64,000 nucleotides of DNA from Rhina ancylostomus. Lineage: Eukaryota. The notes below the pieces were generated by a model that was not told the DNA's origin, ran no database searches, and worked only from the letters and a program-made list of their open reading frames with translations. The stretch is from the NCBI GenBank assembly GCA_030265395.1, contig JARFYF010000063.1, positions 60,819,695-60,883,694 of the forward strand, given 5' to 3'. The position numbers and the translations under genes were made by a program. Positions 26,684 through 39,735 of this stretch are shown one piece after another; within the stretch, counting starts at the first letter, position 1; each line of letters opens with the position of its first letter.

Positions 26684-27373
26684 NNNNNNNNNNNNNNNNN
26701 NNNNNNNNNNNNNNNNNNNNNNNNNNNNNNNNNNNNNNNNNNNNNNNNNNNNNNNNNNNNNNNNNNNNNNNNNNNNNNNNNNNNNNNNNNNNNNNNNNNN
26801 NNNNNNNNNNNNNNNNNNNNNNNNNNNNNNNNNNNNNNNNNNNNNNNNNNNNNNNNNNNNNNNNNNNNNNNNNNNNNNNNNNNNNNNNNNNNNNNNNNNN
26901 NNNNNNNNNNNNNNNNNNNNNNNNNNNNNNNNNNNNNNNNNNNNNNNNNNNNNNNNNNNNNNNNNNNNNNNNNNNNNNNNNNNNNNNNNNNNNNNNNNNN
27001 NNNNNNNNNNNNNNNNNNNNNNNNNNNNNNNNNNNNNNNNNNNNNNNNNNNNNNNNNNNNNNNNNNNNNNNNNNNNNNNNNNNNNNNNNNNNNNNNNNNN
27101 NAGCGGGCGGTTGGAGGGGCGGGGGGAAGCTCTTTGGTGACGCCGCCAAGAACGAGCTCGAAAAAGGCGCCAACTGTGTTTACAGTGCGTTGGTGAGGGA
27201 TGTGACCAATCAGTGCTTTGCATCCCTTCCAGCGATTGGTGCCGCGGAGAAATATGTGTGTACTTCTCTCCCTGCCCTCCATTGGTCACGTTGGCCACAC
27301 ACCTTCCCATGCAGCCGCCCACCCCTCATGACCCTGGTACTTGTTTGTCAATTCGTCCAGCTTCGCGACCAAC

Positions 27374-27637
27374 CTTGAATCCGCTGCCTCCCGCCTCCTG
27401 GGGCTTCTGCGATCTGATTCTCTGTGGGCAGGGGTCGAGCGCCGAGGGTGGGGCGAAGCAGGTACATTTACAGTGCGGTCCTGAGCTGATGGTCTCCATC
27501 GTGTACGAGTCGTCCGAGCTGAGGGTTCCTCCCTCGATCCGGTGGCAGGCCTCCCGGCCCAGGGGTCTGAACACACATTTACAGCGGCAACCCGACCCCT
27601 CAGACACGGCTTTCAGTTTGTCATAGTCCCGTAGCAA
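27374..27637 (-). CDS. OLFML2B: OLFML2B-like coding exon 2 (Cys-rich N-terminal region)
   Basis: CAG acceptor, 264 nt, [31 protein letters not shown]...[23 protein letters not shown], matching the OLFML2 '[28 protein letters not shown]...CKCACVAPPSALNPC' motif. Donor AAG|GTTGGT, phase 0. Confidence 0.93.
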
Positions 27638-28212
27638 CTGGAGGCAAGCGAAGAGCAAGTCAGTGAGTAAGGGACACGTAGAAATATTAAATATATAACC
27701 GTAATAATGACTGGGTTACTAAGTCCCTATAGTATATATTGTCAGCTCTGCACAGTTATTTAATGCAATAAGTGGTTCTTTGCATTTTTTGTTGTCTTTT
27801 AGGTTTCGGATTTTGCTTTTGGATAGACGTTCATTTGAAATATTTGCAGCTTTCCCTCGCTTGCATGGGTAACCGAGCCCCCGCGAAAGTAAACTCGTGC
27901 ATCGGCACCTTTGAAATGAAGACGCAGCACCCGGGGACAGTGTTAAGGTTCTAAGGGACAAGAGGTGCGCGTCTCCGAAATACAAACTTGGCAATGGGTG
28001 TTCGGAATGGCTTTTTTACTTAAACATTAAAACGGCACAGTGCTGCTGCACGAAAACTCAGCGTTGCAACTCTCCCACATAATCGGTAAGTTTGTTTACA
28101 AATGTCTGACGCGCTCATATCATTTATCTCCGTGCAACGGACCAAACCTGAAACCGTCCCAGTTCCGTTCGCACCCCCTTTACCTTCGTTATCGTCAGAG
28201 TGCTAACCTTAC

Positions 28213-28383
28213 CTCTGACAGCGTGTTGTCCTGCCTCTCGGGTTGACTGGCGGTTGTCCCGGTTTGAGTCTCATCCTTCGATTCCTCCCAAGCATCTGGC
28301 GTCGGCTTGGGAGATTTCCCGGTGAGGTTGCGGAACCCGCTGCACAGAACGAAGCCCAAGGCGAAGACTGCTCCCAACAGCAT
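28213..28383 (-). CDS. OLFML2B: Olfactomedin-like 2 (OLFML2B-like) coding exon 1, with signal peptide
   Basis: ATG in good Kozak context (GAAGATG). 57 codons MLLGAVFALGFVLCSGFR...QDNTLSE with a hydrophobic N-terminus. The end resembles OLFML2B 'NQENVLSQ'. Donor GAG|GTAAGG, phase 0. Confidence 0.85.
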
Positions 28384-31079
28384 CTTCGCCGGCTCCTTGC
28401 CCCTCGCCCTCTCCCAAGAGGAGTCAGACTGCTCGAAGCGATGGCAGGATTTGTCAGATCTGGCTGTCAGTTACCAGCAATTGCAGGAAGCGGGTGCGGA
28501 ATTTCCCCTCTCCCAAATCAGCAAAATCAAGGCAACGACTCACAACTGAGAGAGTTGGCTCTTTTCCAGCAAAGTGAGGGGGGGGTGCACAATAACGGGC
28601 TGCCCCTCACATCAAGACCCTATGGGGAGAGAGAGGGAGCGCTCACTTTCAGTTTGCGACTGATCTGGGTATCTCGTTGTTTGCAGCCAAGTGGCTGAAT
28701 GGAGTGAGGGGAAACTAGGTGGAGTTTAGAATCGGCAGTCAGCTGGAGGGGTTGCGTGAGATGAGGAAGGCGGGGTTGGCCAGAGTCTTCACAGCCTTTC
28801 TGACTAAAATATAGAACCAGAGAAGAGAGGGTCATGAAACCAAGGATCATGTCTCACTCACAACCTGGCAACATTCAGAACTCACACGCCGACAGAAACT
28901 CCACCCCTGTCGAAATTAATCCGTGAACTCACCCGAGGAAAAAATTCTCATTTTTCCTTTCTCGTTTTCCCTCAGATGGACGAGCATATTTTTCGACGTA
29001 CTGTAATGGCTTTTAATTCTCTTGCTCAACGTTTTAACTGTGTTTGAAATGTTAAAAAGGTTTCAATTGGGTAGCGACAGTGGCCAATCAAGAATGAAGG
29101 GCGACAGTCTTGAAAACAGACCTTGGTGCTCAAGGAAGAAATTAGGAGAGAGCTTGAAATTTTCTCCCACAGTGTTCTTGGAATTATTTTAGGTTTTAAC
29201 GCGCAGGACAAGGTGATTTTGTTGATTGAGAATACTAAGGACATCCAGCTATGATGGGTAAATGTAACTGAGATACAGTACTCACAAAATTTCGTAAGTA
29301 TCAAGACAAGCACTTGAATAACCAAAGCAAAGAAGGCTACACACTAAGTGTTGGTAAATGGGTTTAGGATAAAGAGTCTGTATGGACATGGACCAAAGGA
29401 CCTGTTTCTTTGCTGCATGATTTAATGACAATCTTATCGAATAGTGGTGCAAGTTCAAGGGATGTTATTGCCCATTTTTTCACATTAAAACTTTGAAATA
29501 TTTAGGTGAAAATAGTATTTTAAGTTAGCTTTATGTTGAACGATTGTCTTCCATTTGTATTNNNNNNNNNNNNNNNNNNNNNNNNNNNNNNTTTGTTTTA
29601 GCATTCAATAAATCTTCCAAAGATCTACAAATGCTTGATGCATAGCAACAAAAGCTAGTTTTGGGAAGTAGATTGTGCTTAGTTGAATCAACTTCACAAA
29701 AGCCAGGTAAATGCTGAAAATCCTTTGGAAATATGCACATATCAAAAAAGAATGGGAAGCTGAAAATGTGCTGCACTTTGATTCTGTAATCTGTTAGGAT
29801 CCAAGATGACCAGAATATATTGAGTTTTATGTTCCAGTTGTACCATTGTGAAAGCACGTTGCACAATATCTGGGAGCTCCCTTACAGAGATGGCATGATC
29901 TCACTGAGTCTGCTGGTGATCACCTCCTGCAGGCCAATTACTGAGCAGCACCCCTCAGAGATTGAGTTGTGGGGCTGGGTTGGGTGGACACTGCAGATTT
30001 CCTCCTCATCTGACTCTGGAAATAACTTGTCCGAGGAAACAGAGGAGCCCCATTTGGTTAGCTGAACACTGCCACTAACACTGAACTGTCCTACACAAAT
30101 TAAGTAGATTCCCAGAGTGTGCTGAGTTGGTTGCTCTCAATTAAGACTGCAATGGGAACCTACTATTGGTCTGGCCAAGACAAATGGCAAAATCAACCAA
30201 GGATACCATCTGCTATTCAATCCATTGCCTCTGTTCAGCAACCACCTTTTTGCTTAACAACAGTCCATAGTTGTGACCCAAACTGCATCCAATTGGAATA
30301 AGTAGAGAATACTGACAAAAGTCATCTGCAGACCATCATTTCCATTGCTTTGCTTTTTCACACCTCAGATTTTGCAGAGTAATTAATAGATGTTAATTGC
30401 TATGAGAAAATAATTACTCCTTTATCACTGTCTGAAGTATATTTCCCAGGTAACAGGAGATCATTTGGTATCTTTTAAATCTTTCTTTCTTACATAACGT
30501 CAAATGGGGGAGCCCATCACTTCATTCTGATTGGTTCAATTGGTAGTCTCTAATTTCCAGAGCAAAGGAATTTCTGTCAAGTCTTATACAGTCCTCATTC
30601 AGGCCTTTCTCATTCCAACATAAGGAACAGCTGGGACTTTCAAAATTAAATGCTGGGCATTTGTTGAACATTGCAATAAGATGACAGTTTCAAGCCAATA
30701 TTTTAATTAACATGGAAGTTATTCAAGAACATTAAATTGATTGTGATATAAACATTGAAAGGACCGACAAACTGGTTGTACAGTGAGCTCTTAGTGGCCT
30801 TGTTAAAACAAATTGAATTTAGAAAACATTGATACATTTCCATTAAATTACATTCCAAGAAACATAGAAAACATCTACTCCTATTGGATTTGCATTTACA
30901 GGCAGATGATTGTATTTACAATCACTTTTCTACATCATGTTGTCAAACTAAATTATTTTCAGACATAAGTTAGTAACAAGAGGTCAAATCACACAGCTTA
31001 CAGAAACACAGCTTGTGTAGTGTATTAAGATGGACACCATATTGCATTTTATTGGGTTAAATCAAGGGTAATGAAGAAA

Positions 31080-31345
31080 GCAGTTTGAGCGGGATGCAGC
31101 GACGGGCGGCTGAGGGTTCCAGCTGGTCCGCCTGCCTGCCTGTCTTCCGTGCGCGCGCGGGTTTCATTGGAAAAGGAGCACGTGGTCTCCGCAGGCACCC
31201 TGGCTGCGTTCCATGCTCGGTAGGCTCCCCAAGAGATTGCCTGTGTTGTGGATCGTGCCAATGAGATTTTAATCTGAAGTTCAGTGCGTTGTTGTAGCGG
31301 GCAGAGTGTTGCGTGCGTATTTCGCGGGCGTTTGTTTCGCATTAT
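31080..31345. promoter_or_regulatory. Small second CpG-rich element about 2.7 kb upstream of the ATG
   Basis: Dense CpGs (GTGCGCGCGCGGG), E-box CACGTG near 31179, CCAAT/ATTGG motifs. Not recognisably a repeat. Confidence 0.5.
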
Positions 31346-32917
31346 TCTCTGTTGCTCTGTAGTTGTGTCGTTGTTTCCTTTCTGTATTAGCTGTATATAC
31401 TGGTATTTGTTTTGTAGTGCTTTTAGTGAATAAATGTTTTGTAAAAAAAAGAAAGCAGTTTGAACAAAGTATATGTCTCTGGACCCTTGAACACAAAGTT
31501 TGCAGTATAAGAGTTTTCAGTAAAGGTGATAATTTTGGCTATAATGTGGCTGAATGTAGGTTCACATCTGCATCATTGTGGGAGCTGTCGAGTCGAAGCC
31601 AGATGGTCTATCACGGGGCTAGAGGAAAATTAGTCTAAGTGGCAAGCTCCAAGAGACAATGGTTGCCCCCTGGGAAAAAATTTGCCAACCACAGACATTC
31701 TTGCTTAACTGAGAAGAAGCAAGGTCACCAACAATGTTTAAATACATAACGGATAGAAAGTAGTTTGTGTGTGGTGTGTGTGTGTTTATGCATGTGTTTG
31801 TGTGAGGGGGTGGGTGGGATTTATGCTTTCAGATGGTAAGACTGAAAGAGGCGAGGGAACAGTTTCACTGTTATTTGAATTGTAAGGAAGAGATGTATTA
31901 GAAGACACAGAGTGCATTGCATTTATTTTCAATTCTGCGAGAGTGCAAACTGGATGTGTTAAACCAAGAAGTGACATGCAAAAAAATTAAAGAGTGCAGA
32001 GCATCTTCATAAGGCAGAAATATAAAATTCCTTGTGAAGAGTCTACACAGTGAGTGAAAGATCTTTGATCCTGTGACCTGTATTTATTTGTTTCCTGCTT
32101 AAGAGTGAGGTGAATTAATTGAAGAGCCCTCTCATAAGTCAGAAGTCTGTTCAAGCTTGAGACTGACATGGATTTGAGAGAGCACCAATGTTTGTACTAC
32201 AGGGAAACGTCATGAAAAGAATTGAATAAAATAATTTTTATTGTAAAATGTGTGTCATTCACCCTCAATAAATTAAACAACTGAAGTGTGTAGGCTTCCC
32301 AGGATGACTCATGTCATGGCAGTCTTAACAATTTAACATTCAACAATGTTGCTTCAACCAGCCTGATGCCAGATATGTCCAAGTCATAAACAAGGAATTA
32401 AGTAATAGTCATAAAGCTATGAGACTATTTATCCATATAAAGAACTAAGATAATTCCCAAGTCAGTACAAAATTTAGATGTGTATGTGTTGCTGCATTTC
32501 TGTCTGTGTTTGGAATTACTCTGCCATATGTCCCCTAAGTCCTTAAAACAATGCCATTTGCTGGACAGTATTTTATCACATGTTACCATCTTTGGGTGTA
32601 TACATATATATATACACACATACATACACATTATATAAAGTGCCCATTCTTCATCTGTGAGGTGAGATAACAAGTGCTGTGATATTGTACGTTAATGAAG
32701 CACCAAAGTGGCAAACAAGCCAAGCCAATCACCCAATGTACACATCTAACTTTGCACCTCTCAGAAAATGAAAAACAGTCACCGATTGAAAATAATATGC
32801 ATAAATTAGTAGTGCATAATCTTGGTCTAAAAGCATTGAGTTATTAATACAGTCAGCATTATTTAATGAAGTAAGCTGGGTAAGTTTTGCATTTTTTGTT
32901 AATCACATGGCATGAAA

Positions 32918-32985
32918 GTGTTGACTTATAGCACTGAGATGATCTTGTGTTGACTTAGAGCACTGAGGATGATTTTGTGTTTGAC
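32918..32985. repeat. About 29-30 bp tandem repeat, roughly 2.3 copies
   Basis: GTGTTGACTTATAGCACTGAGATGATCTT / GTGTTGACTTAGAGCACTGAGGATGATTTT / GTGTTTGAC. Confidence 0.8.
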
Positions 32986-33464
32986 ACAGATGAGATAATG
33001 GATTCATCTGAATGTAGGAGTTTGACATATTGTGTCATAACCTACTTACAAGTGTTATCAGATAAATATAATACAGCACTAACTGGTAGCCTTACTGAGG
33101 GAGACTATGCATGTGATGGATGAGGTATGAAGTAGAAAAAAAATCACTGATTCAACAAAGTTGCTTTCTCAACTCTTAATCATTTCTTAAAGCTCATTCA
33201 CTTTGATGGTGATTTTATATCCTTGCAGGTGATATGTCGTTGGCAACCCTTATATTCCCTGCCCAACGTTCCTTTCCATTACAGTCAATGGAGGGAAAAT
33301 GGGACAGATTTCATAACAGGCAGCTGATTCACTTTCACCTCTTTCTGACCATTACCCGAAGTTAAAAGACCTCTAATAGGTTCAGCTAATAAATGTTTTA
33401 CAGAGAAGTTAATTTTTTTCACTTTGCATTATCTTTCTTTGAATGGACCTCTTATACAATAAAG

Positions 33465-33686
33465 GTGAACTATGGATCTCACAATCTACCTCATCATGGC
33501 TCTTGCACCCTGTTCATCAACCTGCACTGCACGTTCTCTGTAACTGAGACACTATGTTCTGCTTCTTTTTCTCCTTTTGTACCACCTTAAAGTACTCATG
33601 TATGTTATGATCTGTCTGGATGGCATGTAAACAAAAGCTTTTCACTGTATCTCAGTACATGTGATGATAATAAACCAATTACCAAT
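33465..33686 (+). mobile_element. Rex/Babar LINE 3' UTR
   Basis: Ends AATAAACCAATTACCAATT. Same family as 9848-9951 (-), 48483 (-) and 58196-58465 (-). Confidence 0.65.
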
Positions 33687-35529
33687 TTTTCTGTTCCACT
33701 GATTGTATGTGCACCTTTACAGTATGAGTGATTTATAAATGTATGTCTCACAATTTATAAAAGGAGGATAAAAATTTGCAGTGCAATAGTATGATGTGTG
33801 AAGTCATACATGAAAATATGAAATGAATTTGGAACTTCAGGTCATATGTATTTTAATCAGAAAGTGAGAGTGAAAATGGCAATAAATCTCCAAAATAATA
33901 ATGAAAATATAAATATATATATACTGTACATCATCATAGTTATTTTTCATCTCATCTCAGAAAGTGTGCAATAGTGGCACTACAATAGCTCTCAGTGCCT
34001 CTGGGCTTAAAAAGGGAAAATTTGTGAGATTCCTTATTCTGATTGCAAGCCTGCTTGTTAGTTGTTCACTCAGTTTGATTCTGTAGCTTGTTCTGATTGA
34101 GAAAATATGAGGACAATAGCCCAGGGCTCTAACAAAGTTGAAAAGACAAAATAAATAAGGATCTTCCAAATGTAGGTGGATGTCACAAGAATGTAGATAA
34201 GATCAGGCAGGGAAAGGCTACTGGAGCTTGCTGCGAGAGTTGACATATGGAATTGATGGGATTATACCTTTGGACATCCCCTGCTTCACATCATACAAAG
34301 GGGGATGATGCTGGGATGTTTGGTAGGAGAGATGGTGATCAGCTTTAATTCTTCAAACTTCGCAATTTTTCCTTGTGGCACTGCTTAAAATGTTAGTGCA
34401 ACGAGAGCATGGTCATATACCTTTCTGTGCAAATCTCTAGCTGCCAAAAATATTTTAAGAAATGTTGGGGATTAGCCCACATGGGCAATTTAGTGAACTT
34501 GGGGTTCCACTGTAAACTGAAAATGCCAAAACTAAGATGTCAGGGTGCAGTGATGAAGGAAATAAACAAAGTTAATGTTTCAGGTCAGTGAACCTAAACC
34601 AGAGATTTGACATAATCAGAAAAGGAATCGTGTTGACAAGCAAGACAAATGATTTTGCAATATACTTTGTTTTACTCCTGAATTCAGCCATCAGCAAAGT
34701 TTAATTTGTAAGTACAAAATTGTTGGGCAGGTGAAGGCTAGCTAATCCATCACACCTGCCCTGTACCTCAGAGGGAGGCAGCCGACAACTTCTCTCTACC
34801 GCCCACCTGCTTTTCACTGCATCTCTGCAACCATTCCCTGCCCACGACAGCTGGACAATTTCCTAGCAGAGACAGAGAAAAAAAAACAGGGCCAGTGAAG
34901 GAAAAAAACCTGGTATTTCCTCTCTGATCCCCTTAAGTGGTCAAAATTGCTCTAAAGGACTACATTTTCTATAAAGGCACTCACTTTATGAATAATGAAT
35001 TTTCATGTAGCCAAGAACAGCTCCCTCTTGAAGGCATGTGGAGCTACTACACCTGCCAGAAATTGGGAAACTTCATTTAAAGCAAGAATATGTGCAGGAT
35101 TTTAAATCTTGACTGTTTTGGAGGGACAGTTAAATTCCCATAATATGCACATGCATGCATAGAGTGTGAAATGTGGCATTCCCTGTGATGCAGGTACTCT
35201 CATTCTGGAGAATAGAATTAATCCATCACTGATGAGGTAGTGGTGATATATCTCCAAGTCAGGTTAGCACATGACTTTGTTCAAATCAGAAGTTTATCCA
35301 AGAATTTACATCTCATTACTTTGATGTAAACACACATGATATGTATTGTGAGCATGGGCATAGTGAGCTGAAGGGAGGCATTTCATCATACATCTATGAT
35401 TCTATGCCATACCAGCACATAATATATCTGAAAGTTGGTCTCTGATAATATTATTTAAGGATTATTACACTTCAAACCCAGCAAAGGCCTGTGCTCCATC
35501 AGGCAGCACTGATCCCTGCTCTCCTGTGA

Positions 35530-35720
35530 ATCTCTGTGTCATGTCTGAACTGCAGCAGGCACCTCAAAGGCACAGGAGCGATATCATCATTACTACCTCC
35601 ACAGAATCCTCTATACTCACTGTAAGGATAAACCAATATCGGTGTCCTCTCCCAGGGCCAACATACCCAGCACTGAGGCCCCAATTACATAGTCAGTTCC
35701 AATAACTTGGACCATTGGAG
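35530..35720 (+). mobile_element. RTE (BovB-like) LINE fragment
   Basis: ACCAATATCGGTGTCCTCTCCCAGGGCCAACATACCCAGCACTGAGG ('TN..VLSQA.IPS.EA'). Confidence 0.45.
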
Positions 35721-36573
35721 GGAGTGAAAGGTGTTCACCCTCCAAGATCTTTTTAATGTCTTTCTTTGATGCCCACCCTACCAACTCAATCATTTGTATG
35801 ACTTCCTCAATCATCTGTATGAGGCCACCACTCCAATCCTCTATTCTGATTATTCCTTTGACTGCTCCGCATCTCCCCCAATAATCCTCTCTCTGACCCC
35901 TTCAACTATCCTCTATCTAAGGTCTCATCCCTTCCCAGCACAATTCTCCATGAGCGATCCCTTTCTGATACGCCCACTCCAATCCATCATGTGTGATTAG
36001 AGTATTTGAGCCTTGGGATGTCAGCCTGTTGGCCATCACTACTATGAATGGCACACACTGCAGCCCTCTCATCCACTGGGGTAATGGTTGACCTGCTTGC
36101 ACCTTTTTGGATTCAGAGGGTTTCTAGGTGTTTCTGACAATGGGATCCAAGGTTCTTAATGCCACTACAAGCCCCTTCTCAATTTTGCATAATCATGTGA
36201 CAGGGAATCCCAGAAGTTATTAGGGATAATTTCTCATGGAGACATTGAGAACATTCTTGAATTGTTTCTTCCATCCACATGGCATTTTCTTTCCTCAGAT
36301 GGACAAAAGCTGAGCTGGTACAGTAAAAGTATTGCCAATTAGATTCAGCACACCGGACAATGACTTTGCATTATAACTATATTTTTTTATTAATCAATGA
36401 CAACTACAAACAATGCAAAGATTCAATACATAATTTCAAATAGAACTCACTCATTCTGTAGTTACACAGCTCTTTTATTTACATAAGTCACGTAAATAAA
36501 AGTACTGTCTAACTAAAGAATTAAAATTTAGTTTCACAACTTTTAAACCTCACTACTTGTAATCAGATATTAC

Positions 36574-38320
36574 CTGCTCCAGATGAATCGAGTAAGATTT
36601 GACTTGACAAATTCTTCTCCAAGTACCTGACTCAGGCTCTTCTGTGATAGTATTCTCCAGAGTTTTCATTCCCAATCATCCTGTGAGGCATGTTTTAATG
36701 CATCTCTTTACATATCTCTGAGATGATGCTTTGGTTTTATGGCAATTGTATGTCCATAAGTCCATTATTTTCTTGATATGTATTTGTTTCTTTTAATTCC
36801 TTCAAATTCCTGCCAGCTTCCATAATCACTTTAGCCACCTGCTCCGCAGTTATCAGAGTGTCTATTTATGTTTTTACAATTTGCCAGATTGTCCATGGTA
36901 TACAGGGTCTCAAAGAGAGTAGGATGTTCTCAAGGCTATCCACACAGTTCCACTTCATGCTGACCAGGCCTCTTTGTTTCAATTCTTCCACTTACATCGT
37001 TTTCTCTTTCTCTCAACTGTCTACAGTAGCCACCCACCTCGTCCCCCCCCCCCCCCCACTTTTTGATCCATGATGAGTATGATTAATGGATCACACACTA
37101 TCTCAGCAGGTAAATCCAAACACAGTAATGAATGAATAATTGGAAGTTATAGTACAATTGAAAGATAAACACTCAGTGAAATGATACAGTAACAGGTGTG
37201 TTAAGTAACATTAATGCTACATGTAATTGCTAAGTAATTTCTCCTTTCTAGCAAGTAAATTAACAGTTGTAACTAACCAAATAAGTATATTAATAGTGTG
37301 GGCATGTTCTTCTAATTCAACACTAATCCTGGCAGCATTATTAATATCATCAAAGCAGGCATTATCATCCAAAATGTAAGAATTGACTGACCCTGATTAG
37401 AAAGAACATGTAACTTACCATCTAAAGTAACTAAATCTGAAGTATTAATGTTGGAGAGTTTAGCCCCATTAGCTGTGGTCATGGAATCAAACGAGCCCCT
37501 TCTACGAGGCTGAACTGGAGGGAGTGATTTATATTTAAATTCTTGTAAAAGTAAGTCAACAACTAGATCACTCAAAAGTTTCTGAATGTTGGAGGGGCAC
37601 ATTTCAGGAAGGAAAATAAAATAAATATTCAGGTTTACAGGGATCAATCTATGATAAATTTTGTCATATGTGGTCATTGGGGAAAACACCATGTATGATG
37701 AATTCAGGTAACATGTATAAGTACCCAAAACATTGAAACAATAATTAGTTTAATTTAGAACCATAATATAAATGAAGCTGTCATTAACAATCTCGGAAAA
37801 GTTAACAGCTCCCAACTATAAAATGCATTCACTGGCACAAAATAGATGATATAAAGTTATTGAGGTAAAGTGTGTTCTGTGGAATCTCTGAGAACGGTGA
37901 CCACTGTTGAAATGGTGCAAGTTAATAAAACTAAGAGCCGGAGAGCAATGTAGGTGAATATAGTGATCCCAGAGGCGAAGCTGAAAAGAAAAATAAGTGT
38001 AGTTTCTCCTCTCATATGTGGTTCAAAATTAAAAGGATAAAATTTAATCGCCACTGTAAAGATTGAGACAAGATAAAAACATCTGTCATCCTGAGACTGA
38101 GGGAATATGGGACAATTGGCATCCAATCTGTGAGCAGCCAAAATGTTCTCCAATAAAGTTTGAACTGCTGTTTGGCCCAGTTCCTGTTCTAAACGGAACT
38201 TCTTTTGCATTTTACAAGGCAGACACTGTGATTACATCAAGAACGAGCTTTCCAAGAGAACTCTAAATCTCAAAATAAGGACATCAAAAAGTCTTGAGCA
38301 ACATCCTTTAACCCTCTGGG
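36574..38320 (-). pseudogene. Degraded exons of an uncharacterised TBC1D19-like gene, apparently the N-terminal part
   Basis: Clean exon 37419-37581 (CAG...G|GTAAGT; KLLSDLVVDLLLQEFKYKSLPPVQPRRRGSFDS...). Its phase matches the next exon 36574-37020, which reads DS*EKEKTM*VEELKQRG...ELKETNTYQE...LKHASQDDWE*KLWRIL with stops and a frameshift. This resembles TBC1D19 'KLKGSNLYSQ...IKEFFKISGWEKKLQNAV' as recalled. Confidence 0.4.
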
Positions 38321-38809
38321 GAGAAAAGATATTCTTCTTAGCAAAAGCAACTTATGAGATCACTCCCCAATTGTTCCAATCCCCCAAAGTACCCATTTCA
38401 AATTCCCAGTTTAAGTATACCAATTTCCCAAATGCCAATTTCTCTCCGAAACATGGGAACCTCAAATCTGTAAGAGAGACACTCACATTTCTTTCACCTT
38501 AACCTGGATTCCACATGGTGAATTTCATTATCAATGACTGTCTTCAATGAGAGGTGATTTCCAGGAAATGGCAGATGGTCCACATTTTTCAGGGTCTCAT
38601 GGATCTTCTTGGTCAGGTGCTGGTGTTGCACAGCAAAGATTAGTCAACCTTTGTTTTGCAGATGTCAAATGTAGTGCCTGTTCTGTCACATGTGCACCTG
38701 AACCCACAGCCACCTTTGCAGACATAAGCTCAGTCTTCTGGAGAGTGAACCCACGGAAACCCACCATCTGGCCTGGATTGTGTCCCCAGCCACGTCCTTA
38801 GATTTTGCA

Positions 38810-39735
38810 TAGATCAGCTGGTGGAGGTATTTGCATACATTTTTAACCTCTCCCTGCTTCAACCTGAGGTTTTCACCTGGTTTAAGATGACCAATATTAC
38901 CCCAGTACCTAAAAAAACAAGGTAACGTGCTTTAATGACTACCATCCGGTGGCTCTGACATCCACCATCGTGAAGTGCTTCAAGAGGCACACATCATCTC
39001 CAGCCTCCCAGACAATCTCGATCCACTGCAATTTGCCTGCCACTGAAACAGGTATACGGTGGGTGCCATCTTCCTAGCCCGAAACTCCTCTCTGGAGCAT
39101 CTGGACAGTAAAGACATCTACATTAGACTCATTTATTGACTACTGCTCCACCTTCAATACTAGAATTCAAAGCAAACTCATCCTCAATCTCCTGGACCTG
39201 GGAATCAATGCCTCCCTTTGCAGCTGGATCTTTGACTTCCTGATCAACTGCAATCAGTAAAGAAAGGCAGCAACTCTTTTGCCAAGATTATCCTCAACAC
39301 TGGTGCCCCACAAGGCTGTGTCCTCAGCCCTCTACTCTACTCCCTATACACTCACCAATGCATGGCCAGATAATGCCCTAACTCCATCAACAAGTTTGTA
39401 GATGATCCCATCACAGTGGGCTGTATCTCAAATAACAATGAGTCAATGTACAGGAAGGAGATAGAGAGCCTAGTGATAGGGTGTCATGACATCAACCTTT
39501 CCCTCAATGTCAGAAAAACAAAAGAACTGGTCATTGACTTCAGGAAGGGGGCTGGTGCACACCCTTTTGCTTATGTCAATGGTGCTGAGGTCGAGAGGGT
39601 TGAGAGTTTCAAATTGCTGGGACTGAATATCACATAGCCTGTCCTGATCCAACCATGTGGATGCCATAGCCAAGAAAGCTCACCAGCGCCTCTAATTCCC
39701 CAGGAGGCTAAAAAGATTTGGCATGTCCCCTTTGA
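38810..39735 (+). mobile_element. Rex/Babar-type LINE RT fragment
   Basis: 'LNDYHPVALTS', '[19 protein letters not shown]', 'KFVDD', 'KTKELVIDFRK'. Confidence 0.85.

Larger units (their letters stand above)
27102..28800. promoter_or_regulatory. CpG island / promoter region of the OLFML2-like gene
   Basis: Visibly CpG-rich against a CpG-depleted background, spanning exons 1-2 and the 5' flank. GC-box-like GGCGGGG near 28770. Confidence 0.7.

Noticed and set aside
28243-28698. 151-aa plus-strand ORF over the promoter
   Set aside because: Antisense shadow of exon 1 in GC-rich sequence, with no homology recognised.
32918-32985. CRISPR-like repeat
   Set aside because: Head-to-tail tandem copies with no spacers in vertebrate DNA, and no cas genes.
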